Below, one piece after another: positions 15,893 through 23,135 of a stretch of DNA of 28,771 bases. The notes beneath the pieces were generated by a model. It did not search any database, was not told the origin of the DNA, and worked only from the letters and a program-made list of their open reading frames with translations. Both the position numbers and the translations under genes were made by a program. Source of the DNA: a virus (lineage: Duplodnaviria; Caudoviricetes); the IMG/VR virus record IMGVR_UViG_3300020045_004483, positions 1 through 28,771 of that record; one strand, 5' to 3'. Position 1 is the first letter of the stretch; the number at the start of each line of letters is the position of its first letter.

Positions 15893-18442
15893 ATGGCAAA
15901 TAGTGTAGATTTAATTATTGGGAGCGAAGCGATAAAACAAGTTGAAAACTTAATTTCAAAGTTAAGTTTAGCCGATGCTGAACTATTGAAAATTAGTCAA
16001 AGCGCAACTACTGCGAGCAAGGGAATTAATGGCATTTCAACACCCTCTGGACTCGATAAAGCCGTGACAAACACCGCTAACTTAAATGCTCAACTCGAAA
16101 AGCAAAACGCAATAATTACCAAATTACATGCTGATATTGCCAAAAAAGCAGAACAAAGTCGTTTAGCCGAAATTAAGCTACAACAACAAAGGGAAAAAGC
16201 GTTTGATTCATTTGAGAAGAATGCTAAACGAGAACAGGCAATAGCCGAGAAAAACGCATCAGCATACAATAAAACTCAAACTCAAATAAACAATCTTACC
16301 AAAGTTTATAATGATTTGGCTTTACGAAAAGAAAGATACAACAATCTTTCTGCAAATGAAGAAATGCGTTTAGGAACACTCGGAAGAGTTACCGAAAAAT
16401 ACAACGGAATATTAAAAGCTACCGATGCAACTATAGGCAAAAACCAAAGAAATGTAGGGAACTATGCAAGCGGATATAATGCTTTAGGAAACTCAATTAA
16501 TCAATTAACACGTGAAGCTCCAGCGTTTGCAAATAGCATGCAAACCGGATTTATGGCTTTGTCAAATAATTACGCAGCGTTATTTGATGCGATAAACGGT
16601 ATTCGTGATAAAAACAAGGCGTTAGCGGCAGATGGGCAGCCTACCGTATCTTTATTTAAATCGTTAGCGTCTTCCGTTTTTGGATGGCAAACATTGTTGA
16701 GTGTTGGTATTACGCTGCTTACTTTGTATGGAAGTAAGTTAATTGAATGGGCTTCTGCCGCAATGAAAGGTAGTGACGGAATTAGAACACTTAAAGAAAA
16801 TAAAATGGCTTTAAATGAAGCTATAAAAACAGGAGACAAAGAGGCTAACAATGAAATTTATAAGTTAGGCATTCTTTACAAAACAACACAAGACTTAACT
16901 TTGTCAATTGCCCAAAGAGAAAAAGCGGTCAATAAGTTACAGGAAATGTACCCCTCTTATTTTGGAAATATTAAAGATGAAATAATATTAAACGGCGGTG
17001 CTAAAAAATCTTATGAGGAACTGAAAGAAGCTGTTTTGGCAAGTTCAAGAGCTAAAGCAATTTCAGGACAAATGGATAAAATGGCTGCTGAGGAATTTGA
17101 AAAAGAGGCAGAAATCAGGGTGAAGATTGAGGAAAAAATGACTGAGGCGTCCAAAAGACAAAAAACATTATTGGAAACTGAAAAAACTGGAAGCCCTGCG
17201 CAAATAGCAAGAGCAAGGGCGTTTTATCAATCTTCAATAAATGATATAAGAGCTTATAATTTAGAAGTATTGAAACTACAAAATGATTTATCGAGTCAAT
17301 CAGATATATTTTTAAAAGCAAAAGAAGTAAACGAAGAAAAAGCAGCAAAATTAGAATCCGACAGAATCAAAGAGCCTAAAGGCAAAAAAGCGGCACAAGC
17401 CAAAGCAAAAAGAGAAGATTTAGATTATTTAGGAAGTTACATTAAACCAGTTGGCACTATTGTAGATGAAATAAACGCAGAAATTAACCGTTTAACTACT
17501 GAAAAAATAATAGCCAATGAGGAAGAATTGCCTGCCATAAACGAGCAATTAAAACTGTTATTGGAACTTAAGAAACAATTAAATGCAGTTCCGACAGGCG
17601 GTGCGCTTCCGGGAGGCGTTGTGGTTGATGACAAGCCGAAAATGAATAAACTCAAAACGGATTGGAAGGATACTTTTGATTCTATTGCCGACAGCGCACA
17701 ACAGGCAGGTGACATAATGGCTGAATTTAGTCAAAGGAATTTCGAGAATGAATATAGGCGTTTAGAAGCACAAAAAGATATTTCTTTGAAATTCGCAGGA
17801 GAAAGCGACGAGGCGAAAAAGAAAATCGAGGAAGACTATGAAAAAAGACGCAAAGAAATTGCAAATCGAGAAAACAAAGCGAAACAAAGACAGGCTATAT
17901 TTAATATCGCAATTGATACGGCTCAGGCAATTATGAAAAATTACGGGCAAGCCGGATTTATAGGCGGTACAGCAATGGCTGTTATTACAGCGGCTTTAGG
18001 AGCGGCTCAAATTGCAATGGTGTTAAGTCAAAAAATTCCAGAATATTTTGCAGGAACAGATAACCACCAAGGAGGGTTAATGCTTGTAAATGATGGCGGT
18101 GGCTCTAATTTCCAAGAAAAGGTAATATTGCCAAATGGAAAGGAAATTATGCCAGAAGGTCGCAATGTGTTAATGAATGCTCCAAAAGGAACTAAGGTAT
18201 TGACACACGAACAGCAAATAAGAGAAATGCTTAACGAAAGAGGGATTTCTATGTCAAAATCGTACCAATCAAACGGTATGACAGCTCAGGAAATGGATGG
18301 AGTAATGTCGAAACACTTTGCTAAAATCCAAGTGAATAGTACCACTTTTGACAAAAAAGGTTTTTCAAGTTGGGCGGAATCAAACGGGAACAGAACAAAA
18401 CAAAATGCAAACCGAGTTTCAAGGGTTGGTTTTAAAGTTTAA
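15893..18442 (+). CDS. tail tape measure protein
   Basis: 849 aa Ala/Lys/Glu-rich coiled coil; QRNVGNY motif; hydrophobic segments; YFAGT...GG..LVNDGG C-terminal motif. Confidence 0.9.
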   Translation: MANSVDLIIGSEAIKQVENLISKLSLADAELLKISQSATTASKGINGISTPSGLDKAVTNTANLNAQLEKQNAIITKLHADIAKKAEQSRLAEIKLQQQREKAFDSFEKNAKREQAIAEKNASAYNKTQTQINNLTKVYNDLALRKERYNNLSANEEMRLGTLGRVTEKYNGILKATDATIGKNQRNVGNYASGYNALGNSINQLTREAPAFANSMQTGFMALSNNYAALFDAINGIRDKNKALAADGQPTVSLFKSLASSVFGWQTLLSVGITLLTLYGSKLIEWASAAMKGSDGIRTLKENKMALNEAIKTGDKEANNEIYKLGILYKTTQDLTLSIAQREKAVNKLQEMYPSYFGNIKDEIILNGGAKKSYEELKEAVLASSRAKAISGQMDKMAAEEFEKEAEIRVKIEEKMTEASKRQKTLLETEKTGSPAQIARARAFYQSSINDIRAYNLEVLKLQNDLSSQSDIFLKAKEVNEEKAAKLESDRIKEPKGKKAAQAKAKREDLDYLGSYIKPVGTIVDEINAEINRLTTEKIIANEEELPAINEQLKLLLELKKQLNAVPTGGALPGGVVVDDKPKMNKLKTDWKDTFDSIADSAQQAGDIMAEFSQRNFENEYRRLEAQKDISLKFAGESDEAKKKIEEDYEKRRKEIANRENKAKQRQAIFNIAIDTAQAIMKNYGQAGFIGGTAMAVITAALGAAQIAMVLSQKIPEYFAGTDNHQGGLMLVNDGGGSNFQEKVILPNGKEIMPEGRNVLMNAPKGTKVLTHEQQIREMLNERGISMSKSYQSNGMTAQEMDGVMSKHFAKIQVNSTTFDKKGFSSWAESNGNRTKQNANRVSRVGFKV

Positions 18443-18445
18443 GAT

Positions 18446-20938
18446 ATGAAATTTACACTAGATTTTAAAAGCGATAATTACGGAAAAAAACAAGTAGATG
18501 AGATTTTCGGCACATCCGATATTAATTTCTCGTTAAAACAGAAAGAGGGTAAAATGGGTCGTGATATTTCGTTTAGTGGTAACGAAATTCAATTTGAATT
18601 TACAGACCAAAGAAATCACGAACTTAAGCAAATTCTTTACTACCATAGAAAGTTCGGTTTTGAGTCCGTTGTAGTTTTGACTATTGAGATTGATGCAAAT
18701 AATAAATACACTTGTGATTTGGATTTTGCTACAGCCGAAACTGACGACTTAACTTATTTCAGATGCAAAGGAATTGAAGACGGTAAACTACAAATAATCA
18801 ATGCCCGTAAATCGGTAAAAGTAGATGTTTTAAGCGATTTGGATATTGATGGAAATTATATAGGCGGTTTGGTTCCGGAAAATATGTTGTTGTTGGCAAA
18901 GCCTATAAATCAATTAAGTAAATGGACGAATAACAATCAAACAGGAGAAATAATAACGAGTGTTTCCGTTCCGATAGCTTATAATCCTTGTCTTATATTA
19001 AATCCATCTGAGATAAATGATTCTTTCTCTTTTTTTCAAGAAAACACCTTGTATCAAATAGACGACAATAAAAACAAAGAAAATTTTAAAATGTTGTCGT
19101 CTGTAAATACTCTTCAAAATGTTTTGATTTTGATCAAAGACGTAGAAATGGCAACAGCTAATTTAAACACTTTGATATTATTTTATGGAACACAGAAAAT
19201 AATTCTTAAAGAAGTTATGACTGGGCAAACTTTTTCTGGAGACATTCTATACACTATACCTGTTTTAAACAGAGGCGATGAAATTTCTATAATGTTTAAA
19301 ATAATAGGTAGTAGTACAGCTAAAATTAATTATATAACAATTAGTGCTACATCATTAGCCTACAATTCTATTTCAAAATCGTTGCGTTTGGTTGATGTAA
19401 TGCGTCAAATCATAAAATCAACTTCCGGACTTTCCATAAATTCACCACGTTTCGAACAATTAGGGCAATTTTACGATAACCGATTAGTTAACGGTAATTT
19501 TTTACGTGGAATTACTGACAAGCCATTCTACGTGAGTTTGGAAGATATTGAAAAGTCAATAGTTGAAATGAATTCTGATTATGAAATCGGATCAGATGGA
19601 AAAGTATTTTTTGGAATTGAGCAGGATTTTTACACAAATATTGAAAGCGGATTTTTTAACAATACCCAATTTTCCTCAATGAATAAAACTTTTAATCCAA
19701 GATTTATGGTTAATGAATTTGGATTTAGGTACACAAATTATCAATCACAAAAAGAGAATGAAGAAGTAAACAGTGCGGATACTATCCACGGTGAAAGTAA
19801 GATGGTCTTTTTTAATAAAGCGGTGGAGAATAAAAAAGATGTTGAGGTTTATTGGACAAGGGATTCTTTTTTAGCAGAATGGCAAAGAAGAAAAGCGATT
19901 GTTATCAAAGAAAATACAGCGAGTCAAGACGATGATACAATGTTTTGCATTGATTCAATTGATACGACTTTTGACAATGAATTTACCGAGGTTACAGAGT
20001 TGCAACACACATACAGTCCAACAACGTTTAGACTTACTTTAAGAAATGATGGTAGTATTAACTTTTTATCTTTAGGAATCCAAACAGGTAGCGTATTTTA
20101 TATTGAAACAATTGATATTAACGCAGGGGCGTATTACGTTATGGCGGTAACTCAAAACACTTTGGAATTAAGCCGTATATTAGGAATCACTACAACAGCA
20201 GGGAACGGCACAAGATTAACGAAATATAAATACACTTTATCACAATCATACGTTCCATTTACAAATTATACAGACCAGGGTTTTAGTGAAACAACAGGAT
20301 TGAACGCTGCAGACAGTTACAGTAATAGGCGTTATTCAATTGCAAGAAATGTTTATAATTATTGGCAGTCTTACATTGCAACATGCAACCTGTATTGGAA
20401 AAATAAACCATTAAAAAATACTTGGTATAAAAATAATGGAGATTACACGGCAAAATATAACGGCGTGAAATTAACCGAGAAAGCCGATTTTGTGCCAGAA
20501 AATCCGATATTATCGCCAATGTTGTTTAACGATGTTGTTTTTAAAAATGTAGATTTCACTGATTTTATCGCTTTACAAAATAACATACGATCACAACGTG
20601 GATACATTCGAGCAATTGACAACAACGAACAAGTGATAAAAGTATATCCAATAAACATGGAGTACTCATTGCTTGAAAAAGAATTGAAAATAAAAGCCGA
20701 AGAGAAGTTTGAACCATCATCAATGACAATTGAAACACAATTAGCTGGATTCTATTTGATAAACGGACAAACTGGAGTAAATGAAATAATTTATGAGGTT
20801 AAAAACGAGAAAGTCTATTTATTCGATTTGAACCGCTACAGATTGTTTAACGGTGTTTATTGGATGGAAATTTCCGTGAATAATGCTTTTGCTCCGGATT
20901 TAGAAACTTTGAAAGGATGGTTAGACTTATTGAAATAA
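18446..20938 (+). CDS. tail tip/hub structural protein
   Basis: 830 aa, beta-rich, directly after tape measure. Confidence 0.65.
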   Translation: MKFTLDFKSDNYGKKQVDEIFGTSDINFSLKQKEGKMGRDISFSGNEIQFEFTDQRNHELKQILYYHRKFGFESVVVLTIEIDANNKYTCDLDFATAETDDLTYFRCKGIEDGKLQIINARKSVKVDVLSDLDIDGNYIGGLVPENMLLLAKPINQLSKWTNNNQTGEIITSVSVPIAYNPCLILNPSEINDSFSFFQENTLYQIDDNKNKENFKMLSSVNTLQNVLILIKDVEMATANLNTLILFYGTQKIILKEVMTGQTFSGDILYTIPVLNRGDEISIMFKIIGSSTAKINYITISATSLAYNSISKSLRLVDVMRQIIKSTSGLSINSPRFEQLGQFYDNRLVNGNFLRGITDKPFYVSLEDIEKSIVEMNSDYEIGSDGKVFFGIEQDFYTNIESGFFNNTQFSSMNKTFNPRFMVNEFGFRYTNYQSQKENEEVNSADTIHGESKMVFFNKAVENKKDVEVYWTRDSFLAEWQRRKAIVIKENTASQDDDTMFCIDSIDTTFDNEFTEVTELQHTYSPTTFRLTLRNDGSINFLSLGIQTGSVFYIETIDINAGAYYVMAVTQNTLELSRILGITTTAGNGTRLTKYKYTLSQSYVPFTNYTDQGFSETTGLNAADSYSNRRYSIARNVYNYWQSYIATCNLYWKNKPLKNTWYKNNGDYTAKYNGVKLTEKADFVPENPILSPMLFNDVVFKNVDFTDFIALQNNIRSQRGYIRAIDNNEQVIKVYPINMEYSLLEKELKIKAEEKFEPSSMTIETQLAGFYLINGQTGVNEIIYEVKNEKVYLFDLNRYRLFNGVYWMEISVNNAFAPDLETLKGWLDLLK

Positions 20939-20952
20939 TTACTATATTTGCT
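20934..20952 (+). promoter_or_regulatory. late promoter identical to the portal promoter
   Basis: AATAATTACTATATTTGCT, exact 19-bp repeat of 8683-8701, containing TAnnTTTG. Confidence 0.75.
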
Positions 20953-21052
20953 TTAATAAAAAAGGTGCTGCCGTCATCCCGTTATATGTTGGCAGGTAAA
21001 TTGAATTAACATATACCTTTTTAATTGTTTTTAACAATGTTGTGAAACATCG
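20953..21052 (+). ncRNA. structured leader RNA (pseudoknot candidate plus GUGA hairpin)
   Basis: AAAAAGGT/ACCTTTTT outer helix; CTGCC/GGCAG stem; crossing TATATGTT/AACATATA helix; ATGTT-GTGA-AACAT hairpin. Confidence 0.55.
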
Positions 21053-21058
21053 TAGGCT

Positions 21059-21868
21059 ATGGCAGTTACTCCTTTTATAAATCTATTTCGAACAACCGCA
21101 GAGGCATTCTATTTTAAGAACAGCCAAATAAACACGCAATTTATTTTTAAAGGGGTTCAGCTGTTGCCAAACAACACGGCAAAATACATTCAAGTTACTC
21201 AAACACCAAGCGGCATTGATTTAGAAGATTGGACAGTTTGGGCAGTTGATTTGTGTAAAAAAACAAGAACAAACCTAACGCCTTATTTTTTTGTTGATTC
21301 ATTAACAAATAATTTAGACGGTTCTCCGCAATTATACTGGTCTCTTACAGACGTTCCTTTTGATTTTGGTTACAGGTTAATTTACCTTGAAATTAACCAA
21401 GCCGTTGGAGAATCTTTTTATAGCACGCCTTTTTTACTAACCGATATTGAAAGCGAAAAAGTATCTCAATTTCACTATAAAGACAGTAAAGATGATGTTT
21501 ATCAAAGCATCGGTTTGCAAACTTGGTTTTTGGATGAAGATAAAAAAACAGAACTTACAACCTACTACGAAGTTTCAACACGAAACACGGTTTCCCAAGC
21601 GATAAAAACGAATTATTTACAATTATTTAGAACTGAATTACTGCCAAAATCGGTATTAATTCTACTCTCTTATGTTTTGGAAAGCCCTGTTTTATATGTG
21701 AATTATGTTCGATGCTCATTGTTTGAGGCAATAGATTTGCCCGAAAAAGTATCACAGGAAAACTTTGCAGATATTAATTACAGTCTATCTCCAAACGAAA
21801 AAGATAACTTCTTTGGATTGGCAGATTATAATGGAATTGATTACGGAACAGCGGATTATAATATATAG
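21059..21868 (+). CDS. tail/baseplate structural protein
   Basis: 269 aa in the tail module; synteny. Confidence 0.6.
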   Translation: MAVTPFINLFRTTAEAFYFKNSQINTQFIFKGVQLLPNNTAKYIQVTQTPSGIDLEDWTVWAVDLCKKTRTNLTPYFFVDSLTNNLDGSPQLYWSLTDVPFDFGYRLIYLEINQAVGESFYSTPFLLTDIESEKVSQFHYKDSKDDVYQSIGLQTWFLDEDKKTELTTYYEVSTRNTVSQAIKTNYLQLFRTELLPKSVLILLSYVLESPVLYVNYVRCSLFEAIDLPEKVSQENFADINYSLSPNEKDNFFGLADYNGIDYGTADYNI

Positions 21869-21873
21869 AAATT

Positions 21874-22389
21874 ATGACATATCAAGATATTTTCGATTTA
21901 ATAGACAATAATTTAGCAAGCGGAAACAAGATTCCGGCAACTAAACACAGACAAGTTGAGCATGCGTTGCTCGATTATATCGAAGCGAACTTGTTTCAGT
22001 CTGGGGATATAAAGCGTATTAAATGCGATTTGGCCTATTATACGGCTAATTTTGAAACAAACGGATTAGGAAAGAATTTGCGGTTAGGATGGGCACAATG
22101 TAACGGAAATAACGGTACAGATGATTTAACAGGGCGAGTTGGTATCGGTTACGGTTTAGGATATTCAACATTTGGGGCAGTTGGTGGTTCAAAAGATGCC
22201 ATTGTAGTCTCGCATTCGCATACCGTTGGCGCACTTGGAAATGTTTCGTCTTCAAAATCTTTAAGATTTGGTAGTAATCCAGACGTGGAAACAGATTTCG
22301 AAACACTAACGACTTCAACATCCGGAGTTGATGGAACCGATAAAAATATGCAACCTTACATTGTTCAATTATACATTATGAAATTATGA
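21874..22389 (+). CDS. tail collar-domain/short fibre protein
   Basis: GWAQCNGNNGTDDLTGRV, GAVGG, SHSH and NMQPYIV..YIMKL motifs of phage tail-collar proteins. Confidence 0.8.
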   Translation: MTYQDIFDLIDNNLASGNKIPATKHRQVEHALLDYIEANLFQSGDIKRIKCDLAYYTANFETNGLGKNLRLGWAQCNGNNGTDDLTGRVGIGYGLGYSTFGAVGGSKDAIVVSHSHTVGALGNVSSSKSLRFGSNPDVETDFETLTTSTSGVDGTDKNMQPYIVQLYIMKL

Positions 22390-23135
22390 GCAGTTTGATA
22401 ATTACAAAACAAACAGGGAATTTTTTCTCCTTGGTTTTAGATGGTGGGGATCCAATTATATCGGAACAAAATCGACTTACAACTATCGGAGACTTTTGTA
22501 ATTTTAAAACAGCAAACGGTGCAAATTTAATATTAAAACAAAATATTTTATTTTCTGAAATAACTATCATAACAGGCGGTTCGCACGTACCTACTGATAT
22601 TTATGATTTATGGCTATCGTTGATTACAGCAGGTTTTTTCGATGGTTTAGGGACTGGAGGAGGAGGAACAGGTGCGGAAAACTTCACTGAATTGTTAGAC
22701 ACTTTCCCGAGTTACTTAGGTCGTGATGGTCAAGTATTAGTTGTTAATGAATCAATGCAACGAGTTGAGACGGTCGCAATTTCTTTGTTTTCGGCTGCTG
22801 ATAAAGTTAAATTAGACGGTATTGAATCAGGGGCAGAGGTAAATGTACAAGCTGATTGGAACGAAACAAATCCGGCTAACGATACTTTTATTCTAAATAA
22901 ACCGTCGTTAAGTTCAACAGTTGTATTAGCTGCAAGATTTGCGGGAGCAGGACAAACTTATACGTTGCCGGTAGGGGCGGTTGTTTCAATTGCTTTTATA
23001 GATGGTTATCCACAATATCCTTTAGATGTAGCTTTCCCGCTAGATTTAAACGTTTTCGAACAATCTGGAGTCGATGTTACTTTTGCCACAACAATAGAAG
23101 TAGATTCTCAAATAATAATTCAATATAATCTATAA
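22386..23135 (+). CDS. tail fibre-related structural protein
   Basis: GGGG hinge; FTELLDTFPSY.G..GQVLVVN; KLDGIESGAEVNVQADWN...ILNKP fibre repeat motifs. Confidence 0.7.
   Translation: MSSLIITKQTGNFFSLVLDGGDPIISEQNRLTTIGDFCNFKTANGANLILKQNILFSEITIITGGSHVPTDIYDLWLSLITAGFFDGLGTGGGGTGAENFTELLDTFPSYLGRDGQVLVVNESMQRVETVAISLFSAADKVKLDGIESGAEVNVQADWNETNPANDTFILNKPSLSSTVVLAARFAGAGQTYTLPVGAVVSIAFIDGYPQYPLDVAFPLDLNVFEQSGVDVTFATTIEVDSQIIIQYNL

Noticed and set aside
20953-21035. Assignment to twister, pistol, hammerhead, HDV/theta ribozyme, SAM-II or ToxI
   Set aside because: Conserved core nucleotides are missing (no CUGANGA/GAAA pair, no HDV P3/L3, no tandem repeats); left unassigned
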